64,000 nt of DNA from a virus, in the IMG/VR virus record IMGVR_UViG_3300045988_183453, one strand, 5' to 3'. Position numbers and translations under genes: made by a program. Numbering within the stretch: position 1 is the first letter of the stretch; each line of letters opens with the position of its first letter. Positions 36,248 through 44,707 of the stretch are shown here, one piece after another. The notes beneath the pieces were generated by a model. It saw only the letters and a list, made by a program, of their open reading frames with translations, did not search any database and had not been told where the DNA came from.

Positions 36248-38413
36248 ATGGCAAGAAGAAAAGCAAACGACTTGGAAAATCAGATGTCGCTGATGGACAT
36301 GATGGCATCGGAAAGCCCCGAATATACCGAAGAAGGTCCGGAAGAACTCTTGGACCCCGGCGAGGACATGGGGGACAGTGAAGGGCAGACGGATAAGCCC
36401 TTCAAACTCGTGGCGAACAAGACCACGAAGACAAAGGTGAGCATCTCCACGCAGGCGCTGAATGTTGTGAAGGCGGTATATGCTGATACGGTCGAAACGA
36501 ATTGGGAAGAGTTGTTTGACGGGTTCGACAGACTCTATGCTATCACTTTTTCGTCCGGTATCGAGTTCGTGAATAAGGTCATCAACAAGTTCTCGTATGC
36601 GGAAGTCGTGTTCGGATGCGAGAAAATCATCGCCAACGACATTGCTGCCATCATGTCGGTGCAAATCGACAGCGTGCAGCGGCTCGCTAAGTCTAAGTCG
36701 GCAGGGAACCTTGCGAACCGCCTCGATGACGGGTCTTTGCAGTTGTATGTATCGCGGGACACGAAATCGCACGAGAAAATCTTCATTTTGGAGAGCGCTG
36801 ACCATAAGCGTGTCCGAGTCATCACCGGCAGTGCGAATATGTCGGCATCGGCGTTTTGCGGCATCCAGCGAGAGAATATCGTTTGCTTCGATGACGAGGC
36901 GGCATTTTCGCATTATAAGGTCCTGTTCGAGACCTTCAAGGAGACCTGCTCCGACAATGTCTCCTATAAGGCAGTCGTGAACACCATGAACCAGGAAGAT
37001 TATCTGAAAGAGAACATCAAAGAAGTGCCCGTCTTTCAGTCTATTGAAAAGCAGAAGCTTGTCTTTCTGGAACAGGCACAGCCCGAGGATGAGGTCGAAT
37101 ACGAGATAGTTGCCGATGTCAAGAAAATGCAGGAACTCGTCAAGCCAATCATGCCTAAGATGCCAGTACAGGCGAATCGTATTGTAGTGGCAGCGGAACC
37201 GATGCGCGTTTTCGGGAAACGATATACCGAGGTTCGGCATGTGGCAGCTGAGGCAGTTAAGCAGCTCCCGAAATTACATATCGACTATGATGCCGGGACA
37301 ATGACCTTCAACGACGAGAATATCGACCTCAATCCGAATCTCAACGAGGTGGCAAAGAACATCAAGAGCATCCAGAAGTTTTTCTCAGGCATGGACTACT
37401 TTTACGGCGATGTCGAGCAGGCCAAGAAGGACTACTTCAAATACATGACCTGGTATCTGGCTACTCCGTTCATGGCGTTTCTGCGGTATTTCGCATCGAG
37501 GAACAACTACGATACGAAGCTGTTCCCGATGTACGGCGTTATATACGGCGACTCAAACGGCGGCAAGACGACATTTATAAAATTTCTTGTCAAACTCATG
37601 TGCGGTGAGACCGTTAAGATGAACACAACGGAGGATTTCACAGCCACAAGAATCGACGGCCTCAAACGAGTTTGTGAGGGACTGCCGCTGAACATCGACG
37701 ACCTCGCCAAGACCCAGTTCCAGAACCATTCAGAACGGGTAATCAAGAACGATGAATGGGGCATCTCGGACAGGCTCGTGAACTATCCTGCTGTATCTAT
37801 CACATCGAATAAAATCACCTCGCTGACAAAAGACCTCTCGAAACGCGCTATCATCTGTCGAATCGGTGCTAAAATCGACAACGAGCGCGGTGCCAAGAAC
37901 TCGAAGCGTGTGAATGAGAGTATGTCGGAGCTGACAACCGCGTTCTATGGCGAATATGTCCGCCGAATGCTTGTTTGCATCGATGAGATGACGACGGAAA
38001 TGCGTGAAAATGCGAATGGCAAGGAATACTTCCCGGATATCTTCCATGCCTCGTCCAGCGTGATTGCGGATATCTTCGAAGATTGCAGAATCGATTTGCC
38101 GGACTATGTGCGTATCCTGTATTACAACGACTACATGGGTGATGAGAGCATTGGTCGTGCTGCGATTGAAAAAATCGAACTGGCGTGGCAGGCTGACCCG
38201 AGCAAGTTCCGGGTGGATAAGAAGCAGAACCGGCTCATTTACTCCTATCCACCGGATGGACCGTGGTACGAACTGAAATACATTGCAGATGAGCTGCCGA
38301 ACTCCCTCGAAGCAGAGATTTCTGGCGGCAACCAGCTTATCATGAACTACGAGCAGGCACAGGAATTGTTCGGCATCAAGTTTCGGCGCTGGCTGGGCAT
38401 CTTTAACCTCTAA
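36248..38413 (+). CDS. Fusion protein: N-terminal PLD-like (HKD-type) domain plus C-terminal SF3 (D5/VirE-like) helicase P-loop NTPase; candidate replication initiator
   Basis: SHEKIFILESADHKRVRVITGSANMS is an HxK…GSxN-like motif. Walker A GDSNGGKTTF, Walker B LNIDDL, and motif C AVSITSN. Confidence 0.55.
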   Translation: MARRKANDLENQMSLMDMMASESPEYTEEGPEELLDPGEDMGDSEGQTDKPFKLVANKTTKTKVSISTQALNVVKAVYADTVETNWEELFDGFDRLYAITFSSGIEFVNKVINKFSYAEVVFGCEKIIANDIAAIMSVQIDSVQRLAKSKSAGNLANRLDDGSLQLYVSRDTKSHEKIFILESADHKRVRVITGSANMSASAFCGIQRENIVCFDDEAAFSHYKVLFETFKETCSDNVSYKAVVNTMNQEDYLKENIKEVPVFQSIEKQKLVFLEQAQPEDEVEYEIVADVKKMQELVKPIMPKMPVQANRIVVAAEPMRVFGKRYTEVRHVAAEAVKQLPKLHIDYDAGTMTFNDENIDLNPNLNEVAKNIKSIQKFFSGMDYFYGDVEQAKKDYFKYMTWYLATPFMAFLRYFASRNNYDTKLFPMYGVIYGDSNGGKTTFIKFLVKLMCGETVKMNTTEDFTATRIDGLKRVCEGLPLNIDDLAKTQFQNHSERVIKNDEWGISDRLVNYPAVSITSNKITSLTKDLSKRAIICRIGAKIDNERGAKNSKRVNESMSELTTAFYGEYVRRMLVCIDEMTTEMRENANGKEYFPDIFHASSSVIADIFEDCRIDLPDYVRILYYNDYMGDESIGRAAIEKIELAWQADPSKFRVDKKQNRLIYSYPPDGPWYELKYIADELPNSLEAEISGGNQLIMNYEQAQELFGIKFRRWLGIFNL

Positions 38414-38474
38414 TATGCATGGCAGGTTCTTTTCGGAGCCTGCCTTCTTATTTCGCAAAAATAGTTGCCCATTT

Positions 38475-38493
38475 GTGCGAATTGCAGACAATC
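38475..38493 (+). promoter_or_regulatory. Motif promoter P3 (TGTGCGAATTGCAGACAAT) with a structured ~125-nt leader
   Basis: TTGCCC-N16-GACAAT. The leader has hairpins cccacgatttcaatcgtggg and ccgcatacaaggcagcgagttatgcgg. Confidence 0.55.
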
Positions 38494-38620
38494 AGAATTG
38501 ACACCTCCCACGATTTCAATCGTGGGATTCCCGGGTGGCGGTGGCAAGGCTTATCACCATGCCGCATACAAGGCAGCGAGTTATGCGGTTCCCCACCATC
38601 CGCTACGGGTGTAGCGCACA

Positions 38621-38866
38621 ATGAGCATCCAGCCTAAAAGGGTAAAGCATAAAGCAGTCAACAAGGTAAACCTTAATCCGGGTGATTTAGTCTCTCTCAA
38701 CGGAGAAGTTCTCGTTGTGCATGGTACTCATACCAATAAAAAGGGTGCTGTAAATGTAGAATTCAAAACACCCGGAAAAAGCGGTCAAAAATCTGCAAGC
38801 CTTAAAAAACTTAAAATTGTAAAAGCAGCAGATTCCATGCATTCTGCATGGGAAAAAATATCTTAA
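38621..38866 (+). CDS. Hypothetical small basic protein
   Basis: 81 aa ORF. Confidence 0.45.
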   Translation: MSIQPKRVKHKAVNKVNLNPGDLVSLNGEVLVVHGTHTNKKGAVNVEFKTPGKSGQKSASLKKLKIVKAADSMHSAWEKIS

Positions 38867-38996
38867 TCATTTAAAGAAAGGAGTAGCAGGGTATTTGTGC
38901 TAACTGAGTACACTTCAAATTGCCTCTTGGTTAGCGCATTCCTCACCGCCTAAGTCGCAAGCGACTATAGACGGTGTACCCTGCGCACATAATTTG

Positions 38997-39635
38997 ATGA
39001 AATGGATTGTCAAGCAAACCAAATCGAAAGGATATGAGTTCACCTTCGATATCGTGAAAGGCAAGGCCGTTATCGGGCAGGCACACTATATCCCGAAAAT
39101 GCTGCGGCAGGGTTATGGTATTCGACTGAATGATTCCAAGTTCCTGCTGCAATACATGCCAGCTGCTGACGCAAGGGCGTACATGCGCGGCATCAACACG
39201 AAAGATATTCTGAGACACCCTTTTGCTATCTGTGAGAACAACCGCACGGTAGGCGAGATTTCCGTCATCCATACAAAAACCGGATTCCTCCAAGGATACA
39301 ATTCTATCGCCATGCAGCTGTATGGCGAGGAATACCAGAGCTACAAAATCGGCTTTGGAAAAGAAGGAGTATGCTGCCCTGTATTCCTTTGCGGACAGCA
39401 AATCGCCCAAATCAATAAGAGCGCGGTGGTCAAGGATAATCTGGATGAATACCTGATTTACGCAGTGAATGAAAAGGCACTGATGCCGTCCGTCATGTTC
39501 GCCATTTATATCGATGGAATATACTACGCAAACCGAGGCGTGTATGTGGATGACGCAACGACTATCAACTGCGAATACAGCTTGAACGAGGAAGTTCTGT
39601 CCCACTACGACCCGAATTTTGTCAAGGGACTATGA
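38997..39635 (+). CDS. Hypothetical protein
   Basis: ATG 38997 (the track uses TTG 38994). A conserved ~55-nt module lies upstream, shared with 43264-43333. Confidence 0.5.
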   Translation: MKWIVKQTKSKGYEFTFDIVKGKAVIGQAHYIPKMLRQGYGIRLNDSKFLLQYMPAADARAYMRGINTKDILRHPFAICENNRTVGEISVIHTKTGFLQGYNSIAMQLYGEEYQSYKIGFGKEGVCCPVFLCGQQIAQINKSAVVKDNLDEYLIYAVNEKALMPSVMFAIYIDGIYYANRGVYVDDATTINCEYSLNEEVLSHYDPNFVKGL

Positions 39636-39676
39636 CTCCGATAACTGGTATTCACAGACAATATCATGTTGCGAAA

Positions 39677-39696
39677 CTGTGCGAATCGCAGACAAT
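39677..39696 (+). promoter_or_regulatory. Motif promoter P4 (CTGTGCGAATCGCAGACAAT)
   Basis: TTGCGA-N16-GACAAT. Confidence 0.55.
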
Positions 39697-39735
39697 TAAA
39701 AGTGAATGAATTACAAAAGCTACAGAGGATAAACA

Positions 39736-40332
39736 ATGAGCTATGAACCCATTATCACACCGGGCAGGAATTTCTTTCTTGTCTCGACGGAGTACAAAGA
39801 GAGCTGCTCTGCCTGGTGCCGCAAGCAAATTAGAGCGACACTGAGGACCTGTCAGGGACGAGTCATCATCATTGATGCAACGGGCGAGTACGCGGACTTG
39901 GCGCTTGAACATGACAGATTGATTCGAGAGAAAATTCCGTCCATTATTTATCGGTATAAGCTGGTGGACGGGAAACCGTATATTGCTCATGTCATTGAAG
40001 TTGATACGGAAGCAAATGAAGCACCGCACCTGATTGTATACGATATCAGCCGGACCATAATCATCAGCTGGAAGGTCGGCGTGGAAGCCGTCAATAAAAT
40101 CCTGCAATCCTATGCCGTGATGCAGGACAGTGAAATTGCGTGGCTGTATGTTCCGTTGGACCTATATACCAATGTCAAGCCCGAAAGCGAATCCTGGAAC
40201 ATTCTGGAACGAACCATCAAGGGCAATGAAGGAAAGCTCATGACAGTGCTAACGACTCGAAAATTCACCATCGGCATGGTTCAGCGCTGTTTGCATATGA
40301 CAAAAAATAAACTTTTGGAGGATAGCAAATGA
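39736..40332 (+). CDS. Hypothetical protein
   Basis: 198 aa with RBS AGAGGA. Confidence 0.5.
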   Translation: MSYEPIITPGRNFFLVSTEYKESCSAWCRKQIRATLRTCQGRVIIIDATGEYADLALEHDRLIREKIPSIIYRYKLVDGKPYIAHVIEVDTEANEAPHLIVYDISRTIIISWKVGVEAVNKILQSYAVMQDSEIAWLYVPLDLYTNVKPESESWNILERTIKGNEGKLMTVLTTRKFTIGMVQRCLHMTKNKLLEDSK

Positions 40333-41216
40333 CCAATGAACAGCTGAGAATCGCATTGACGGCGAATGCCGTTACCAAACAGACCCGTAACCATTTTGGG
40401 TTCAGTGACCCGTGTGGGAAGACTCTGGAAGAGTACAACAAATCTTCAACGCTTTGCTGTGTGACGGCAGCGCAGAAAATGAACACGCCGGGTTTCGAGC
40501 GTGTCCTTGCTGCACAGATTTTCCCCTGCTTCACCATCGGCTGCTGGAACCAGACGAAGACGGTCTATGATTTTGACTACGAGTTCCAGAAAATTCTTAT
40601 GGATACGGATGACATGGCGATTCATCAGGATATCCTGCAGCGGCTTCCGATTCGTGATTTCTTTATCCCGGTGTATGACAGCTACGACTACAACGGTATG
40701 TTCGTGCATGTGGAATTCGAAGAGAAAGAGAAGACCACTGCTTTCGGCATCGTTCTTGTCGGCCCGGCCAAAGGCAGCCATGATGATTTCACGTTCCTGA
40801 CTCTGCCTGCCTGGGCCAAAGAAAACCAGAGTTTGACGGAAGCAACTCGGAGCACGAAAGAATACCTGGAAAAGGCAGCCGGGCAGCGGCAGGTAAATGG
40901 TATCAGCGTACCGGCTGTGATGGAAGCAGTTCCTTCGGTCTTTGACGGCGGCACACCTTATGTTCGCCTGGCAATCCTGTGTGCCTACTATCTTGCCAGT
41001 AAGAACCCTGATGTCCGCTTGGAAACTTCCAAAAAGCGCGACCGCCCAGTATTCGTGTTTCAGGGAAAGGCACAGCGAATCAACGTCAAGACATATACCG
41101 TTGGTGAGAATGCGGCCAAAGAATACAAAAAGAATGGGGAAGGCAAAACTCCCCGCTGGCGGCATTACTGGTGCGGCAATGGCCGGGAACGCCGGGAATG
41201 CAAGTTTATTTACTGA
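40329..41216 (+). CDS. Hypothetical protein
   Basis: 295 aa; ATGA overlap with the upstream gene. Confidence 0.5.
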   Translation: MTNEQLRIALTANAVTKQTRNHFGFSDPCGKTLEEYNKSSTLCCVTAAQKMNTPGFERVLAAQIFPCFTIGCWNQTKTVYDFDYEFQKILMDTDDMAIHQDILQRLPIRDFFIPVYDSYDYNGMFVHVEFEEKEKTTAFGIVLVGPAKGSHDDFTFLTLPAWAKENQSLTEATRSTKEYLEKAAGQRQVNGISVPAVMEAVPSVFDGGTPYVRLAILCAYYLASKNPDVRLETSKKRDRPVFVFQGKAQRINVKTYTVGENAAKEYKKNGEGKTPRWRHYWCGNGRERRECKFIY

Positions 41217-41234
41217 TGGCGGTGAGGGTGAATC

Positions 41235-41942
41235 ATGGCTCCCCATACTTATCAGGACCCGATTGGGTTCTATGAATGGTTCGATGACCTTCCTTATGCT
41301 ATCCAGGATAGTATTCTGAAACACCTGCCGCATATGGAAGGCGAGGAATGGCTCATTGTCATTATCCTTGCAGCTCTTCTTCTGATGATTCTGGTTTCAG
41401 CGTATCTGGGCTTTGCAAGACATAATGTCAAAAAAACGAGTGAACGACTCAACGCTTTGAAAGAGCTGAACAACACGACTGAATTCATGCCGGTCGAGGC
41501 GCAGTACCGCTACTATCTACGTTCTGATACGAAGCTGGAATACGAGGAGTTCTCGCTCCCGAAATTCTTCCGCCGCGAAGTGAGAGAAAACTTTAAGCTG
41601 TTCAACACTCTTCTTGGCAATGCTCGGGCAAACACGGTATTGTATGAAACATACGGCCGCGAAATCCAGGAACTCCCGGATTGGACAGAATCGGATGACG
41701 ATTGCGGGCGGCATATCCCGTTCTTTCTCTACCACAACATCGAGAAAGAGTTGTACGATGAAACTGTCCTGGACTGCCCTGTAACGAGCCCTGAGTTTGT
41801 CTGTACGAAAAGCTATCTGCCCAAAGATGCCAAAGAGCCGATTGAGACGGAAGAGACCTATACACTGGAGGAACTGGAAGAGTACATACGCCGCTTGAAG
41901 GTTGCAGCCGATGTCAAGAAGAACAGCCAGAACGCAGGCTGA
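41235..41942 (+). CDS. Hypothetical membrane-anchored protein
   Basis: One TM helix (WLIVIILAALLLMILVSAYLGF) near the N-terminus. Confidence 0.5.
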   Translation: MAPHTYQDPIGFYEWFDDLPYAIQDSILKHLPHMEGEEWLIVIILAALLLMILVSAYLGFARHNVKKTSERLNALKELNNTTEFMPVEAQYRYYLRSDTKLEYEEFSLPKFFRREVRENFKLFNTLLGNARANTVLYETYGREIQELPDWTESDDDCGRHIPFFLYHNIEKELYDETVLDCPVTSPEFVCTKSYLPKDAKEPIETEETYTLEELEEYIRRLKVAADVKKNSQNAG

Positions 41943-42089
41943 AAAAGGCGGTAAACAAATGCAAGAGGCGGGAGTCCCGGGTTTGTTGGTTCCAGAACGT
42001 CTTCTCACCTTAATTTTACCAGCACTTTGATATTTTGTGGTTATTGACAAACGGCGCAAAAGGTGCTTGAGTTAAAAGCCATTGCAAAA

Positions 42090-42109
42090 AAGTGCGATAT
42101 CCATATAAT
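42090..42109 (+). promoter_or_regulatory. Degenerate motif promoter P14 (AAGTGCGATATCCATATAAT)
   Basis: TTGCAA-N16-TATAAT. The upstream repeat ccagcactttgatattttgtgg matches the 35816 repeats. Confidence 0.45.
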
Positions 42110-42139
42110 AAATTGAAATCCAAAAGGGAGATACACATT

Positions 42140-42748
42140 ATGAGTGAACAGAAAGAAAATGCTCAGCTCGAAGCTTATCGGAAGCTCGTTGAAGATTTCA
42201 AGCGCTTTGTCAGCTCTGAGATTCGGACGGAGGAAAACAGTTACCGAATTGTGGACATGACTTCTGAAGATGCCGAAATCAATGACCCTAGTGTTCCGGT
42301 AACTCAGCTGGAAGACGATAAGGCAGAGAAGCTTGCCGGTATCTGCATGGACCTGTCCAATGCCACGCTGTGGCTCTACTACAACCGTGACAAATTTGCA
42401 AACGTCGAGTTTATGCCCCTGACTGATGAAACTCTGAAAGAATACCAGAAGCAGGCTCAGAATGCTCTGAATGAACCGAAGAGCCCTCTGTATCTGAAAT
42501 CCTGGTATCAGCTCATTGAAATGTTGAGTCAGGAATGTATCCCGCAGCGCTACGAGGACGACGGTCAGCGATATACAGACGTCTATGTGAACACCTATAT
42601 GCTCATGTACCTGACCATGACCCGACTCAAGAATGGCGGCACCTTTACGCGCCTTGCAAACGGGCAGGGAAGCGATGCTGTGAAAATCACGACCATCGCA
42701 ATGTACTACTTCTCCAGCCTTTTGACGGTTCTCTGCACTGAATATTAA
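42140..42748 (+). CDS. Hypothetical protein
   Basis: Start MSEQKENAQ after the RBS AGGGAG; the track start 42092 lies in the promoter. Confidence 0.5.
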   Translation: MSEQKENAQLEAYRKLVEDFKRFVSSEIRTEENSYRIVDMTSEDAEINDPSVPVTQLEDDKAEKLAGICMDLSNATLWLYYNRDKFANVEFMPLTDETLKEYQKQAQNALNEPKSPLYLKSWYQLIEMLSQECIPQRYEDDGQRYTDVYVNTYMLMYLTMTRLKNGGTFTRLANGQGSDAVKITTIAMYYFSSLLTVLCTEY

Positions 42749-42823
42749 GAAATTTTTTCCCGTGTGAGCAGTGACGCTCATGCGGGAATTTTTTGTAATT
42801 TTCTATTGTCAATCTGTGCGAAT

Positions 42824-42843
42824 TGCGTACAATGAAAAATATA
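42824..42843 (+). promoter_or_regulatory. Motif promoter P5 (CTGTGCGAATTGCGTACAAT)
   Basis: TTGTCA-N16-TACAAT. Confidence 0.6.
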
Positions 42844-42866
42844 AACCAAAAATATATCTTATCGTT

Positions 42867-42903
42867 GTCCCGCATGAGTTGTTTGTGCGGGACTTTTTGT
42901 TTG
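42867..42903 (+). terminator. Leader (promoter-proximal) intrinsic terminator / attenuator
   Basis: gtcccgcatgagttgtttgtgcgggac followed by TTTTTGTTT, between P5 and the start codon at 42921. Confidence 0.55.
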
Positions 42904-42920
42904 CGGAAAGGAAATGCACT

Positions 42921-43127
42921 ATGTACGGTTTATCAGAAGAAAGCTTAACGATTGTTGGTGTTATTTTGATTGTGGTTGGTGTCGCTATGATTGGTTGGGG
43001 ATTTGAATGGAATCAGGACATTACCAATGATAAACGGGTCGGAACCGTTGTCAGAGACATTGGCGTTATGGTTTTGGCAACCGGCATCATATTTGTGATG
43101 CAGCGGGCAGTCAACAACCCCGCCTAA
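42921..43127 (+). CDS. Small membrane protein (68 aa)
   Basis: MYGLSEESLTIVGVILIVVGVAMIGWGFEW… after the RBS GAAAGGAAA. Its last 6 codons overlap the conserved structured module. Confidence 0.4.
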   Translation: MYGLSEESLTIVGVILIVVGVAMIGWGFEWNQDITNDKRVGTVVRDIGVMVLATGIIFVMQRAVNNPA

Positions 43128-43195
43128 ACCAGTTCGCCGGTTATAGGCGGGGCTTGCGGGGCAACCCGTAAGCCCGGTTGATTAGCCTTGGTGAA
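43118..43195 (+). ncRNA. Conserved structured RNA-like module, copy B
   Basis: caacaaccccgcctaaaccagttcgccggttataggcggggcttgcggggcaacccgtaagcccggttgattagcc. Same double-hairpin architecture as 30884-30958, with compensatory-looking loop differences. Confidence 0.45.
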
Positions 43196-43474
43196 CGGCA
43201 ACTTCGGTTGCTGCGAACTCCGTTATGCATTTGAGTAAGCAGGAAATGCTGTATCTTAGTCTTTTCTAAGAAGCGCATTCCTCCCCACCAAAGCCTTACG
43301 GCTATAGATGGGGTGTCCTGCTCCATTATCATGAAACTTACAAGAGTGAGCAGGCAGCTCAGAATGCCCGAAAGCAGATTACCCGGCGCGGTGAGACGGC
43401 AGTGTATGCCACAGTAGAGGAAGCCGAAGCGTGGGTCGAACAACAGAAGGCGGCAAGAACCAGGAGGTAATCAT

Positions 43475-44017
43475 ATGCGTACAGACAAAACAGCAAGCCA
43501 CATTTGCTACGAGCTTGACCACGATGTGCAGGAATATGCGAAACGGCTTTTAGCCAAAAAAGTTCTGCACGCGGTACGGCAGGACAATACTGCTTCATTG
43601 CCTGACGAAATGGCAAAAAAACTCTCCGAAACGGCAGTATTTCTGACCGAACGCCTCGCGCTTTTGTATGAGCTGAATTCTGGATTCCGAGGCATCCGAT
43701 TCAGCACTTTCGGAGAACAACCTGCTGTTTACACTACCATGGTCCAGCACAATGCTCCGCTGTACGATGAGCTGATGCTTGGACGGGCCTATAACCTTGC
43801 CAACTACCTTGCTGCTGATAACGCGGATATCAAAGAATCTGCTTTGATGAAGCACAAGGTTTTGGCAGCAATTTATAGTGCCGCTGCACACATGAAAGGG
43901 CAGACTCCGGAGCGGAGAAAAATCTCGATTCAGAACCAGCTGTTTGTGTCTACGGCTGTTGAGCTGTTTGATGGTCTTTTGAGTGCAGCGGAAGAGAAAA
44001 AAGAACGGCAGCGATAA
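43475..44017 (+). CDS. Hypothetical protein
   Basis: 180 aa with RBS AGGAGG. Confidence 0.5.
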   Translation: MRTDKTASHICYELDHDVQEYAKRLLAKKVLHAVRQDNTASLPDEMAKKLSETAVFLTERLALLYELNSGFRGIRFSTFGEQPAVYTTMVQHNAPLYDELMLGRAYNLANYLAADNADIKESALMKHKVLAAIYSAAAHMKGQTPERRKISIQNQLFVSTAVELFDGLLSAAEEKKERQR

Positions 44018-44052
44018 AAGTGCCGCCTGAGTTAGAAATTAGGAGAATTTGC

Positions 44053-44505
44053 ATGATTCGAGTTAAGAAAGAGAACCACCGTAGTTGGTTCATGAGCAAC
44101 TATTATCCTTGCGAATTTGTGATGAATGGGATTCGCTACAAGAACGCTGAAGCAGCGTTTCAGAGTCACAAGGTCCCACTGGAAGAGCGCAGACAGTTTG
44201 CGGACATGCCACCGGCTTCTGCCAAGCGCTTTGGCCGCAATGTAGCTATCCCCGCAAACTGGGGTGAGGCTCGGGACGACGTGATGCGCCGCGTGGTGAT
44301 GGCCAAGTTCGAGCAGAATGAGGACCTCAAACAGCGCCTCCTCGAAACGGGTACGCAGCCTATTGAGGAAGACACGACCAGCTGGCATGACAATTACTGG
44401 GGCAACTGCCACTGCCCGAAATGCCAGAACATCCCAGGTCAAAACCGGCTTGGGATTATTCTGATGGAAACGAGGGATAAACTGAAAAAGCAAGCGGGCA
44501 AATAA
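44053..44505 (+). CDS. NADAR-domain protein (YbiA-like ADP-ribose / N-glycosidase family)
   Basis: Colinear with E. coli YbiA: NYYPCEFVMNGIRYKNAEAAFQSHKV; VMRRVVMAKFEQNEDLKQRLLETG; SWHDNYWG…GQNRLGIILMETR. Confidence 0.85.
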   Translation: MIRVKKENHRSWFMSNYYPCEFVMNGIRYKNAEAAFQSHKVPLEERRQFADMPPASAKRFGRNVAIPANWGEARDDVMRRVVMAKFEQNEDLKQRLLETGTQPIEEDTTSWHDNYWGNCHCPKCQNIPGQNRLGIILMETRDKLKKQAGK

Positions 44506-44707
44506 TGCTTGCAATGCATTGCGGGTTCCATATAATTAAAACCGTAATCAAAAAGAACTATCTTTTGCGAGGACTCCGTTGCCGACGGTGTTCTCGTTTT
44601 CTTTTTTCAAGACAAAAGGCTGCCGCCCAGTAATGGGTAGCAGCCTTCTTTTTTTTGATTGTGTCAGCCAATATGGCAGCAAATCACCTTACCGCGTTCA
44701 GAACGAT

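Noticed and set aside
36248-38413. Calling the N-terminal domain of the 721-aa protein a bona fide PLD nuclease.
   Set aside because: The spacing of the H-x-K and GSxN elements deviates from the canonical HxK(x)4D(x)6GSxN, so it is kept as PLD-like (tentative) in the feature call.
43270-43470. Start-less 65-codon frame (…ETYKSEQAAQNARKQITRRGETAVYATVEEAEAWVEQQKAARTRR*) downstream of structured element copy B.
   Set aside because: No ATG, GTG or TTG with an RBS in frame. Mentioned in a finding but not annotated as a CDS.
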